A stretch of 63,822 nt of DNA, counting the filler, from a bacterium (GTDB lineage: Bacteria; JBBIVP01): NCBI GenBank assembly GCA_037439705.1. It is 6 parts of 6 records of this genome, joined end to end, with 100 filler letters (N's around TTAATTAATTAA, not from the genome) between each part and the next. Parts side by side here need not be neighbours in the genome. Positions count along the whole stretch, not along the records: positions 11,147 to 22,124 come from JBBIVP010000058.1; 5 more parts are not named here. One strand, given 5' to 3'. The first letter of the stretch is position 1. Every line of letters begins with the position of its first letter. Position numbers and translations under genes: made by a program. Shown one piece after another: positions 11,147 to 20,498 of this stretch. Under the pieces are notes generated by a model that saw only the letters and a program-made list of their open reading frames with translations, was not told where the DNA came from and ran no database searches.

Positions 11147-11605
11147 AATAAGCATTTCCCTTAATTCTTCCGCTTTATCTTTTTCTTCAACAAACTGGAG
11201 TCCTATTCCTTCCTTGAGAATTTTTCCTCCAGAGGAATATAAAACCTTTCCTCTCATTTCCATTTCCTTTCCATCGGGAAGGGAAATTTTTATTTTTACG
11301 ATGCTTCCCTGAGGAGGTTTGAGATTTGTTTTTACAAACATTCCTCCGCTTCCTATTGTAGAACACTTGCAAAATTCATTAAGCGTTCCGTAGGATATCT
11401 CAGCATCAAGGAACATGTCTGCCCTAAGGTGCTTTCTTCTTTGTTTTCCTATAAGGGGGTTGCGGAGGAGAAACTCCTGAATGTTTTCTTTTATCCTTTC
11501 AAACTCTGCCATTTCTTCATCTGAAAGAGCACCGGCTTTCTTTTTTAAACGAAATTCCCTGAATTTTTTGAATTCCTCTACGAAATCCTTTTCCGTCAAA
11601 ATCAT
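11147..11605 (-). CDS. PilZ domain protein, truncated at contig end
   Basis: QRRKHLR (RxxxR), TIGSGGMFV, GIGLQF; ATG 11605 overlaps upstream TGA. Confidence 0.8.
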
Positions 11606-12597
11606 GGTTTTATAATACCGCACTCTTTTTGATTTCTCCAGAATTCAAGGGAAGCCCTTACAATTGATTGAAGAACAGGTTTTTCTTCTGATGGAATAGA
11701 TTCGTCCATGAGTTCTAAAGCCCATCCCTTCAAAACCCCTGCCGATTCAAATAATCCCTTTTTCATTGCAATAATTCCACATTCAATAAAAAAGTCTCCG
11801 TAGGCATCTTTCTTGTTTTCCACCACTTCCTTTATTATCCTTTTGAGTATTTCCATCTCCCTTTCTTGTTTGGTCCAGCTTGTAAGTATGATTGGAGATA
11901 ATACGACATTTTCGTATTCCTCCAGGTATTTGGAAATTTCATCTTTTGAAAGGAGAACTGCAAAAGGGAGAAAACGATGTATTTCAAAGAGAATTTCTTC
12001 CATCCCTCTTGTAGTGGAGGAAGGTGTGATTGGAATTTCTTTTATTGGCTCATAATTTAGGTTTTTTAATTCTTCAAAGGAGATGAAGGATGGAAGGATT
12101 TTCCTTCCTCTTGATAGAGCCTTTTTAAGATGGTAAAGCCCGTGTTCGTAAGGTATTTCATAGACAAAGAATCCAGTCTTTTCCCATTCATTTTTTAAAG
12201 CAGGAAGCGGGTCATTTTTTAATCCCCTTTCATCAACAATTATTTCCACAATACCATTTCTGTAATGCATAGCCAACACTGAAACTGAAAAATCACCTTT
12301 TTCAACGCTGAAGGCGAGAGGCATTATTCCATTTCCGTCAAAGGATGCGCACAGAAGTTTTTTTACTGTTTGGAGCGGTTTAAAAACTGGTTCTCTATTT
12401 TCTTCCGGAATTTCAACCTCCATTCCCCTTGTTCTCAAAATGTGAACCACCTTTTTCAAAAATTTTTTTCCCTTTTTATCTGCTAAGGGATAAGCCATTT
12501 TTATTATCTCTTTAATGGATGGGTCTTTTTCCCTTAAAAGTTTATTTATTTTCTCTTCAAACTCAGTTGGATTTTTAACAAGTTCTTCAATATCCAT
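11602..12597 (-). CDS. Hypothetical protein
   Basis: 331-aa ORF translationally coupled to PilZ gene; no motif recognised. Confidence 0.7.
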   Translation of the reverse strand: MDIEELVKNPTEFEEKINKLLREKDPSIKEIIKMAYPLADKKGKKFLKKVVHILRTRGMEVEIPEENREPVFKPLQTVKKLLCASFDGNGIMPLAFSVEKGDFSVSVLAMHYRNGIVEIIVDERGLKNDPLPALKNEWEKTGFFVYEIPYEHGLYHLKKALSRGRKILPSFISFEELKNLNYEPIKEIPITPSSTTRGMEEILFEIHRFLPFAVLLSKDEISKYLEEYENVVLSPIILTSWTKQEREMEILKRIIKEVVENKKDAYGDFFIECGIIAMKKGLFESAGVLKGWALELMDESIPSEEKPVLQSIVRASLEFWRNQKECGIIKP

Positions 12598-12674
12598 ATT
12601 TTTATTTTAAGAAGTTTTATAAAATCTTCAAGCCACAGCATTTCTTTCTGAAATTCTTTATTAAAATTTCCTGA

Positions 12675-13904
12675 ATGCTAAAATTTTTAAAGATGGATAA
12701 AAATTTCATAAGGGTAAGGCAAAAGGTTCCGAAGGTTGAGCCAATAAGAGATGTTGAAAAGGTTCTGAGAGAAAAAATAAGGAAAATAGCCTTTCCTTCT
12801 CTTTCCGGAAAACGAGTTGCTATATGTGTGCCGAGCAGAAAGATTGTAAAACTTGATGAAATAGTGAGAATTGCTGGAGAAGAAATTAAAAGAATGGGAG
12901 GACGCCCTTTCATTGCTCCAGCAATGGGCAGTCATGCTGGAGGGACTGCTCAGAACCAGATAGAACATCTCAAGAAAATGGGAATAGGAGAAGAAACAAC
13001 CGGACTTGAAATTTTTTCAACAGATGAAACCATTAAAGTTTTTGAAAAAGGCAGAAAATTTATCTTTGAAAAAAATGTGTATGAGAGCGACTACATCTTC
13101 CTCATAAACAGGATAAGACCGCATACCGCCTTTGAGGCGGATTTCGGAAGCGGCCTTATGAAACTTTCAGCTGTAGGACTCGGTAAGGGAGAAGGAGCAT
13201 GGTATGCCCACCGTTATGGACTCAAGAAGTACATTCCCCTTGCCTTTAACCATCTTCTTAAGAAGGGAAAAATTCTGGGAGGAATTGGAATTGTTGAGTC
13301 TTATAAAGGAGATATATGCAAACTGGAAGTTTTGCACACAAAAAATATTGTGAGTGGAGAAAAAAAACTTTTTTCTTTTTCAAAAAAAATTCTTCTTAAA
13401 CTTCCCTTTTATCCAGTTGATATTTTGATAGTAAGGGAAATGGGAAAGGACATAAGCGGAACAGGTCTTGATACAAATGTGATAGGGATGGAAAGGAGAA
13501 GGGGAGAAGGAAAAAAGGTGAAATGCGTAGTCGCCTTAAACCTAAGTCCAGATTCCTTTGGAAATCTCTACGGAGTAGGATTTGCGGATGTAATAACGGA
13601 GAAAATAATAACAAATGCAGACTGGGGGGTTACATACAAAAATGCCTTTTCCACAGTATGCCTTCAGGCAGTAAAAATCCCGATAGTTGCTCCTGATGAT
13701 GAAATGGCGATAAACTTTGCATACAATTTTTTAAAAACAAAAAATCCTGCGGTGATAATTGTGGAAAGCACAGGAAAGCTTGAGTACCTCCTTTTAAATG
13801 AGAAGGTACTTAAAATGACAAGAGGAAAAGTTTCCGTTGTTGAATCTGGAATTTCCCTTTCCTTTGATAACCAGAAAAACCTCGTTACAAAGCCATACCC
13901 TTGA
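12675..13904 (+). CDS. LarA-like (DUF2088) lactate racemase-domain protein
   Basis: PAMGSHAGGT, NRIRPHTAF, SGLMKLSAVGLGKGEGA, GKDISGTGLDTNVIG. Confidence 0.75.
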   Translation: MLKFLKMDKNFIRVRQKVPKVEPIRDVEKVLREKIRKIAFPSLSGKRVAICVPSRKIVKLDEIVRIAGEEIKRMGGRPFIAPAMGSHAGGTAQNQIEHLKKMGIGEETTGLEIFSTDETIKVFEKGRKFIFEKNVYESDYIFLINRIRPHTAFEADFGSGLMKLSAVGLGKGEGAWYAHRYGLKKYIPLAFNHLLKKGKILGGIGIVESYKGDICKLEVLHTKNIVSGEKKLFSFSKKILLKLPFYPVDILIVREMGKDISGTGLDTNVIGMERRRGEGKKVKCVVALNLSPDSFGNLYGVGFADVITEKIITNADWGVTYKNAFSTVCLQAVKIPIVAPDDEMAINFAYNFLKTKNPAVIIVESTGKLEYLLLNEKVLKMTRGKVSVVESGISLSFDNQKNLVTKPYP

Positions 13905-14356
13905 AGGAAAAGGTAATAAAACTTCTTTCTACAGGGTTTTTTACAGGATACATTCCATACGCTCCAGGAACCTTCGGAACACTTCTTGGAATTCCTGTTC
14001 TTTATCTTCTCAAAAAAATCCCCCTTTATTTTTCTCTCGCTTTTATTTTAGGTTTTTCAATTTTTTCAGTTTTTTTAGCAGGTCATGCAAAAAAGATATA
14101 TAACAGTTCTGACCCGAAATGCGTGGTTATAGATGAAATTGTAGGATACCTTTATGCGAGCATCTTTTTCCCTTTTAATTTAAAATTTCTCGTCCTTTCT
14201 TTTTTGTTCTTCAGGTTCTTTGACATCCTGAAACCATACCCCATAAAAAAATCGGAGCTTCTAAATAAAGGCTGGGGAATTGTTCTTGACGATATAATTT
14301 CAGGAGTATTCTCCGCGTTCGTTCTTTTTATTATGAGTGTCATCTTAAAATTTTAA
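13901..14356 (+). CDS. pgpA: Phosphatidylglycerophosphatase A
   Basis: GYIPYAPGTFGT, DPKCVVIDEIVG, FRFFDILKPYPI, GIVLDD. Confidence 0.95.
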   Translation: MKEKVIKLLSTGFFTGYIPYAPGTFGTLLGIPVLYLLKKIPLYFSLAFILGFSIFSVFLAGHAKKIYNSSDPKCVVIDEIVGYLYASIFFPFNLKFLVLSFLFFRFFDILKPYPIKKSELLNKGWGIVLDDIISGVFSAFVLFIMSVILKF

Positions 14357-14362
14357 CAGACT

Positions 14363-14463
14363 GGTGATTATCCCCCATTTTTTATGGGTGATAACTCCCA
14401 CATAGATGAGAAAACACTAAAATTATGCACAAACTTCACTAATTTTCGGGCATAAAATTTGTA
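14363..14463 (+). promoter_or_regulatory. Palindromic operator/enhancer-like site plus weak sigma-54-like -24/-12 element
   Basis: TTATCCCCCAT-N5-ATGGGTGATAA inverted repeat (14368-14394, 10/11 paired); GG-CATAAAATTT-GT at 14449-14462. Confidence 0.3.
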
Positions 14464-14472
14464 AAAAGATAT

Positions 14473-14856
14473 ATGCAATTTATGAAACTGGAAGAAATTA
14501 GAAGAATTCTCAATGCAGAAGTGATAGCGGGAAAGGACTTAATGGATAAGGAAATTGAGTATGCCTGTGGTTCTGACCTGATGTCAGATGTGCTTGCATT
14601 TGCAAAACCCGGTGCACTTGTTCTAACAGGACTTACCAATGTTCAAAGCGTTAGAACCGCCTATATTGTTGACATCAAAGCAATTGTCTATGTGAGAGGA
14701 AAACAGCCTGAAGAGGATGCAATAAAACTGGCAATTGAAAAGGGAATTCCTTTGCTTTCCACAAGCTTGAGGATGTTTGAAGCCTGTGGAAAACTTTATA
14801 AAGCAGGACTTCGTGGTATAGGGGAGGTAGAAGAAAAAGTTGCGGCAAATAAATAA
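14473..14856 (+). CDS. DRTGG domain protein
   Basis: ACGSDLMSDVLAF, LTGLTNVQSVRTA, VRGKQP, MFEACGKLY; true start may be 14482. Confidence 0.88.
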   Translation: MQFMKLEEIRRILNAEVIAGKDLMDKEIEYACGSDLMSDVLAFAKPGALVLTGLTNVQSVRTAYIVDIKAIVYVRGKQPEEDAIKLAIEKGIPLLSTSLRMFEACGKLYKAGLRGIGEVEEKVAANK

Positions 14857-15310
14857 TGAAGAAAAAAATTTGAAACCCCCACTTCTGGAGAGGGAATTTG
14901 AGGTGGAGGGAGGAAATTTTGCAAATGCAGGGGTTGTCTCGGGAAAGGTAAAGGAGGTTTTAAAAAGTATTGGGTTCGGTCCCGAAGCAGTAAGAAGGAT
15001 TGCCATCTGTAGCTATGAAGCAGAGGTAAATATCGTTCTATATGCCAGAAGAGGGGTGATGAAACTCTCAGTTTATGAGGATTACGCTGTCCTCCACATA
15101 AAGGACGAAGGTCCTGGAATTGAAGACATAGAACTGGCCATGCAGGAAGGATATTCTACAGCAACACCCGAAATGAGGGAACTCGGATTCGGTGCAGGCA
15201 TGGGTTTACCAAATATTAAAAAGAACTCCGACATTTTCACCATAATTTCCGAACCTGGAAAAGGGACAGAATTGAGAATATTAATAAGAAATGCAAGAGA
15301 ACCAATCTGA
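14840..15310 (+). CDS. RsbT-like anti-sigma / Ser-Thr kinase (HATPase_c)
   Basis: YEAEVNIV, DEGPGIEDIELAMQEGYSTA, GFGAGMGLPN. Confidence 0.88.
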   Translation: MRQINNEEKNLKPPLLEREFEVEGGNFANAGVVSGKVKEVLKSIGFGPEAVRRIAICSYEAEVNIVLYARRGVMKLSVYEDYAVLHIKDEGPGIEDIELAMQEGYSTATPEMRELGFGAGMGLPNIKKNSDIFTIISEPGKGTELRILIRNAREPI

Positions 15311-16583
15311 ACCCCTTCAAACCATAACTATAATTTCAGAGTTATGCACAGGATGCATGAAATGTGTTCGTGGATGTCCTGTGGAGGCGATGAGGTTCAA
15401 GGAAAGAATTCCTTTTGTCAAGTGGGAAAGGTGCATCCATTGCGGAGAATGTATAAAAGCATGTGATGCAATTCAACCCCTTACAACTTCTTTTTTTGAA
15501 CTTTCAAAATTCAAATATACCATAGCAATTCCCTCTCCTGCATTTGTTGCCCAGTTTGAAAGACATATAGGACCTGCACATACATTTTCTGCCCTGAAAT
15601 TTCTGGGGTTCAACGATGTTTTGAACATAGCTCCTTTCTGCTCTGCTTATTTTAAGGCAATAAAAATTTTTATTGAAAACCAGAAGATACCAAAACCTGT
15701 AATCTCTTCCATCTGTCCGGTGGTAATAAGTTTGATACAGAGGAAGTATCCCTCTTTAATTGAACATCTCCTTCCAATAACTCCACCGAGACAGCTGGCA
15801 GCAAAACTTGCGGTTGAATCCCTTATCAAAAATGGAACATTTAAAATGGAAGAAATAGGAGCAATATATATCACACCGTGCATTTCAAAGATGATAGAAA
15901 TAAATGAAACAGACGATGGAAATTATATCCATGGTGCAATTGCAATAAGGCATATATACAATGAGAGCCTGAAGAGGATAAAACCGACGGAGAAGATGGA
16001 TATAGGAAAATCCGTTTATGGGTTCAGACAGGCAATCGCAGGAGGACTTTCTGAGATAATTGGTGAAGAGAATGTGCTTGTGGTTTCTGGAATAAAAAAT
16101 CTTAAAAAGGCTATGGATGATATAGAGATGGGTAAAATGAGAAGGATTCCATTTGTGGATGCCTATGCATGTGCGGAAGGGTGTATTGGAGGAACACTTA
16201 CAGTGGAAGACCTTTACATAGCAAGACAGAAAATCCTTTCTCTTTTCCATGAAAGGGACGAAGAAGATGAAGAACTCGTTGAGATATATTTGAAAACGAA
16301 ATTTGACCCTGTTGAAAGATGGGCAAAGAAGCCAAAATATAGAAAACCTGTGTCCGCGGGTATAAAATTTGTTGTAATGAAAGAAGGGATTTTGAAAAAC
16401 CTTCCCGGGATTGATTGCGGATTGTGCGGTGCACCTACCTGCGAGGCATTTGCTGAAGACATCCTTGAAGGTGAGGTAAAAGAAGAAGAGTGTATTTTTA
16501 ATATATTGAGAAATGAAGAAATAAAGGTCGAGGAATTCCTTTCAAGGTGGAAAAGAAAAGGAGGCAAAAATGAAGCTGGGTGA
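15291..16583 (+). CDS. Sensory-type (group D-like) [FeFe]-hydrogenase protein with extra Fe-S clusters
   Basis: Two ferredoxin motifs CTGCMKCVRGCP and CIHCGECIKAC; H-cluster-like SSICP, TPCISKMIE, ACAEGCIGG; C-terminal LPGIDCGLCGAPTCEAFA...C. Confidence 0.85.
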   Translation: MQENQSEPLQTITIISELCTGCMKCVRGCPVEAMRFKERIPFVKWERCIHCGECIKACDAIQPLTTSFFELSKFKYTIAIPSPAFVAQFERHIGPAHTFSALKFLGFNDVLNIAPFCSAYFKAIKIFIENQKIPKPVISSICPVVISLIQRKYPSLIEHLLPITPPRQLAAKLAVESLIKNGTFKMEEIGAIYITPCISKMIEINETDDGNYIHGAIAIRHIYNESLKRIKPTEKMDIGKSVYGFRQAIAGGLSEIIGEENVLVVSGIKNLKKAMDDIEMGKMRRIPFVDAYACAEGCIGGTLTVEDLYIARQKILSLFHERDEEDEELVEIYLKTKFDPVERWAKKPKYRKPVSAGIKFVVMKEGILKNLPGIDCGLCGAPTCEAFAEDILEGEVKEEECIFNILRNEEIKVEEFLSRWKRKGGKNEAG

Positions 16584-16908
16584 AATAATAAAAATGCTTT
16601 CCCTAAAGGAAGAAACAGCAGGGAAAGCCAATTTGGAGAAAGATGTGAAACTTGCTTATGTGAGCGACCTCTTAAGCGATGTAATTGCGAATGCAAAAAA
16701 CGGGTGTTTATGGATTACCCTTCAGTCCCATCCAAACATAGTTGCTGTGGGAGCAATGAAGGAGGTTTCAGGGATAATAATAGTAAACGGAAGACATCCC
16801 GATGGAGAAATGATAAAGAAGGCTAACGAAGAGGGGGTTCCTATATTTACAACTGAAAAAAGCGCTTTTACTGTAGCAGGGCTTTTGTATCAGGCTGGAA
16901 TAAGGTGA
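16570..16908 (+). CDS. DRTGG / HPr-kinase N-terminal-like protein
   Basis: AYVSDLLSDVIANA, WITLQSHPNIVAV; paralog of 14473. Confidence 0.85.
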   Translation: MKLGEIIKMLSLKEETAGKANLEKDVKLAYVSDLLSDVIANAKNGCLWITLQSHPNIVAVGAMKEVSGIIIVNGRHPDGEMIKKANEEGVPIFTTEKSAFTVAGLLYQAGIR

Positions 16909-17639
16909 GGGGTTTTAAGGGGGACTTACACATTCACACATGCCTTTCTCCATGCGCAGACCTTGAGATGAGCCCATTGAAGGTCATCCGTAAGGCGGTG
17001 GAGAAAGGGCTTGATATAATAGCAATATGCGACCACAATTCTGCGAAAAATACTCCATACGCCTTTAACCTCTCTAAAAAATTTCCGATTGTGGTTCTCC
17101 CTGGAATTGAGGTAAATTCCATAGAAGAGGTTCACATACTTTCTATTTTTGATACGCCTGAAAAAGCCTTACTCTTTCAAAAATATGTTTATGATGGGAT
17201 TAAAGGGAAAAATGACGAAGACCTCTTCGGAATTCAGGCAGTGGTAAATGAGTTTGATGAGGTTGAGGAAATAGAAGATAGACTTCTCATCTCTGCCTCA
17301 AGTATGAGCGTTGAAGAAATCGTTGAAAAAACCCATTCCCTTGATGGCATAGCAATCGCTTCCCACATTGACAGGGAGGCTTACAGCATAATCGGAAAAC
17401 TCGGATTTATTCCTCCCAGCCTTTCACTTGACGGAATAGAAATCTCAAAAACCGGCTCACCGAAGCACATTCCGGAGGGATTCACCGCAATTTCTTCATC
17501 GGATGCTCACAGACTTGAAGAAATAGGGGAAGTCTGGACAATTTTTTATACTGATACTCCTGACCTGAAAGGCATAAAGAAAGCACTGGAAACGGGCAGG
17601 GTAAAAATTCATGGAAGAAATTTCCCTTCACATCCTTGA
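16905..17639 (+). CDS. PHP domain phosphoesterase
   Basis: DLHIHTCLSPCA, ICDHNS, EEVH, ASHIDR, SSDAH. Confidence 0.92.
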   Translation: MRGFKGDLHIHTCLSPCADLEMSPLKVIRKAVEKGLDIIAICDHNSAKNTPYAFNLSKKFPIVVLPGIEVNSIEEVHILSIFDTPEKALLFQKYVYDGIKGKNDEDLFGIQAVVNEFDEVEEIEDRLLISASSMSVEEIVEKTHSLDGIAIASHIDREAYSIIGKLGFIPPSLSLDGIEISKTGSPKHIPEGFTAISSSDAHRLEEIGEVWTIFYTDTPDLKGIKKALETGRVKIHGRNFPSHP

Positions 17640-18105
17640 CCTCGTTGAAAATTCAATTTCCGCAGGAGCCACAAAAATTGAAATAGTTGTTGAGGAGGAT
17701 TTAAAAAAAGATATTCTAAAAATTGTCGTAAAAGACAACGGAAGAGGGATGAGCAAAGAAGAAATAAAGAAAATTTTTGACCCGTTTTTCACAACAAAAG
17801 GAAAAAGAACAGGTCTTGGATTGCCTTTTATAAAACAGGCAGCAGAGGCTACCGGAGGAAAGGTGAAGGTAAGGAGTAAAGAGGGAAAGGGCACAAGCGT
17901 GGAGGCAATCTTCATCCATTCCCACATAGACCGTCAGCCCATCGGGGAGATCGGCACAACAATAGCCACACTTTTTCTTTCCCATCCAGAAATAGAGTTC
18001 ATTTACAAACATATTAAGGATAATAAAAAGATGAAAATTTCAAACAGGAAAAATTTTTCCTTTAATGAGATAAGGGAAAGAATAAGAGCGTTCTTGAAGG
18101 ATTAA
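17611..18105 (+). CDS. Stand-alone HATPase_c (histidine kinase-like) protein
   Basis: EISLHILDLVENSISAGA, DNGRGM, DPFFTTK, GLGL, SHIDRQPIG. Confidence 0.88.
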   Translation: MEEISLHILDLVENSISAGATKIEIVVEEDLKKDILKIVVKDNGRGMSKEEIKKIFDPFFTTKGKRTGLGLPFIKQAAEATGGKVKVRSKEGKGTSVEAIFIHSHIDRQPIGEIGTTIATLFLSHPEIEFIYKHIKDNKKMKISNRKNFSFNEIRERIRAFLKD

Positions 18106-18122
18106 GGACTCCAGATTCTCAT

Positions 18123-18345
18123 TTAAAAATTCCAGACCAAATCCACCTGCACCAACTTCTCTTTCCCATCGCCCTTGATTTCCTTCATGTGATAATAATC
18201 CAATCCCAAAGCGAAATTTTTTCCCAGACCAAATTTAAGTTCTGCTTCATGACCTTTTACAGCTGAATATATCCCATCAGAGCATCAGCGCCATCCTCTA
18301 CCTCCTTCAACATCCATACTCCCGTATTAGCACACCAAGCCTGAA
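18123..18345 (-). pseudogene. Remnant of an outer-membrane beta-barrel (putative porin) gene
   Basis: Two frames: NTGVWMLKEVEDGADALMGYIQ joined near 18260 to VKGHEAELKFGLGKNFALGLDYYHMKEIKGDGKEKLVQVDLVWNF*; alternating beta-strands, terminal Phe, no start. Confidence 0.6.
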
Positions 18346-18467
18346 TCCTGTTAATGTTAATACTTAACTGAAAAATTAAAACCGGGTATGGGTGTGCGTG
18401 GAGAAAATATGGTTGTTGAAAATCAATAAACTGATAAAATATATTCTGTGCAGTTGAAAGAATAAAA

Positions 18468-19364
18468 ATGAGGTATAATTCCTTTTCATCGCATTTAAAA
18501 AGGGTTTTCGGAACAAAGGTAAAAAGGATTTCTGTTGATGCAGGATTTACCTGCCCAAACAGAGATGGCAAAAAGGGATTCGGGGGCTGCGTTTATTGCA
18601 ACAACTTAGCATTTACAGGAAAAACCGCTGATAGAAGATTAACTGTAGAGCAGCAGGTCAGAAATGCAATAAGGAATAGGGATGAACTCTTTCTTGTTTA
18701 TTTTCAGCCCTACACAAATACCTATTCCTCTCCATCTTTTCTTGAGAAACTCTTCACGGATGTCCTTAAAATAAAAAATGTTGTTGGAATAGCAATAGGA
18801 ACAAGACCTGATTGTATGGATGAAGATGTACTGAAGGTTATTGAAAAATTAAACAAACTTACATACCTCTGGGTTGAACTCGGGCTTCAGAGCGCTTCAG
18901 ACATAACCCTTGAACTCATAAACAGAGGTCATACGGTGAAAGATTTTGTGGATTGTGTTGAAAAATTAAAAAAGTTAGGTGTAAGAACCTGCGCCCACAT
19001 AATAATAGGATTGCCTCAAGAAACCCATGAAGATTTTTTAAAAACCGGTTCCCTTCTTTCAGAATTGCGCGTAGAAGGTGTAAAATTTCATAACATTCAG
19101 GTTTTGAAGGACACAAAGTTAGAAGAGATTTATAAAGCCGGTCAGTTTGAACCAATCGGGATGGAAGAATATGTAAAGGCAGTTGTTGAAATTCTTGAGA
19201 TTTTGCCAGAGACAACGGTAATCCATCGTTTAGCAGGAGAAGCAGACCCGAAGTATCTCATCACCCCAGAATGGGCTTTTTCAAAATGGAAAATCCTCTC
19301 AGAGATAAGAAAAGAACTCGAAAAAAGAGATACCTGGCAGGGAAAGAGATTTAATTCCTACTGA
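18468..19364 (+). CDS. TIGR01212 (YhcC-like) radical SAM protein
   Basis: DAGFTCPNRDG..GGCVYC, YFQPYTNTY, IGTRPDC, VELGLQS, INRGH. Confidence 0.93.
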   Translation: MRYNSFSSHLKRVFGTKVKRISVDAGFTCPNRDGKKGFGGCVYCNNLAFTGKTADRRLTVEQQVRNAIRNRDELFLVYFQPYTNTYSSPSFLEKLFTDVLKIKNVVGIAIGTRPDCMDEDVLKVIEKLNKLTYLWVELGLQSASDITLELINRGHTVKDFVDCVEKLKKLGVRTCAHIIIGLPQETHEDFLKTGSLLSELRVEGVKFHNIQVLKDTKLEEIYKAGQFEPIGMEEYVKAVVEILEILPETTVIHRLAGEADPKYLITPEWAFSKWKILSEIRKELEKRDTWQGKRFNSY

Positions 19365-19443
19365 ACAGTGGATGATGAGACAGCTTCTTTAGACTTGTAA
19401 AAAATGCACATTGTAATAAAATTGTATATATGGGTGGAAAGGG

Positions 19444-20076
19444 ATGAGGTTTTTATTTTTCTCGCTACTTCTTATATTTTTGTGTTCATGCTCATCACTT
19501 GTTCTTCTTAATTCATCTAAAATCCTGCCACCAAAAGAAAACGAGTTTTTCACAAGTTTTTTTATTGGTTTTGATAAAACAGAATTCTGGGACGAAAATC
19601 CACCTTACTGTCCGTCGCCCTATTGCACCGCAGACTGGGAGCTTTCTAATGGAGGATTATTACTTGGATGGAGAAGGGGACTCTCAAAACATCTGGAATC
19701 CACCCTTAAATTAATCTACTCATATCCGTTCGTTGTCGGAATCGCAACGGAAATGAAAGTCGGGGATGGAAGATATTTCGCACTGGGCATAGGGATGGAG
19801 GCGGGTTACCCAATTTTTGATATGTATGTCTTTCCCATCCTTACACTCACTCCCCCACCACTTGAGCTCTACCTTTCTCCGAGAGCAGTATTTTATCCTC
19901 TGGACCCATCAGAGCCTCTTTTTTTAGGTTTCAATGCAGGATTTTTAATAGTCAGACACCTCGCATTGGAATTTTTTGGATACAATCTTTCATTTCTTGA
20001 CGATTGCCCTGGTTCTGAATGCTATACAGATGGACCCATAAATGTATTGGGAATGGGAATAGGCTTTATCTTCTGA
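19444..20076 (+). CDS. Hypothetical outer-membrane lipoprotein / small beta-barrel
   Basis: Lipobox-like FLCSC, amphipathic strands, C-terminal GIGFIF. Confidence 0.6.
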   Translation: MRFLFFSLLLIFLCSCSSLVLLNSSKILPPKENEFFTSFFIGFDKTEFWDENPPYCPSPYCTADWELSNGGLLLGWRRGLSKHLESTLKLIYSYPFVVGIATEMKVGDGRYFALGIGMEAGYPIFDMYVFPILTLTPPPLELYLSPRAVFYPLDPSEPLFLGFNAGFLIVRHLALEFFGYNLSFLDDCPGSECYTDGPINVLGMGIGFIF

Positions 20077-20078
20077 AC

Positions 20079-20498
20079 TCATGTCTTTATATAAAATTTT
20101 TTCCCATCAAATATTATATAATATCCATCGGCATCCTGACGGATGTGTCCGGCAATCTGATAATAGGCTGACCTTGAAAACCTCGCTTTTCTATCTCCCT
20201 TTATCTGGCAGTAAAGCACATTCTCTTTCCCAACCTCAAGGGTGGATGGATCCAGAGGCTCCTCACTTCTATCATTTAACACAACAAAAAACTTTCCGTT
20301 TTTAAAAAGAACCTCTTTTACAATATAAGGGGTATCCTCTACTTCAATAGCAATTTTTTCATTCCCTATTTTTAGATAGTACTTTGTTCCTTCTTGATGG
20401 ATGGAGCGCGTTAGAAAAAAGGCTATTCCCTCGTGTGTCACCAGCTCATTGTTTATAAACCAGTTTCCATTCCTATCTATTTTTACTGAAATCTCCAT
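20079..20498 (-). CDS. DUF1285-like protein
   Basis: IDRNGNWF, IEVEDTPYIV, LYC...ARFSRSAYYQ. Confidence 0.75.
   Translation of the reverse strand: MEISVKIDRNGNWFINNELVTHEGIAFFLTRSIHQEGTKYYLKIGNEKIAIEVEDTPYIVKEVLFKNGKFFVVLNDRSEEPLDPSTLEVGKENVLYCQIKGDRKARFSRSAYYQIAGHIRQDADGYYIIFDGKKFYIKT

Noticed and set aside
14423-14442. Rex operator upstream of the DRTGG operon
   Set aside because: Only one half resembles TTGTGAA-N4-TTCACAA
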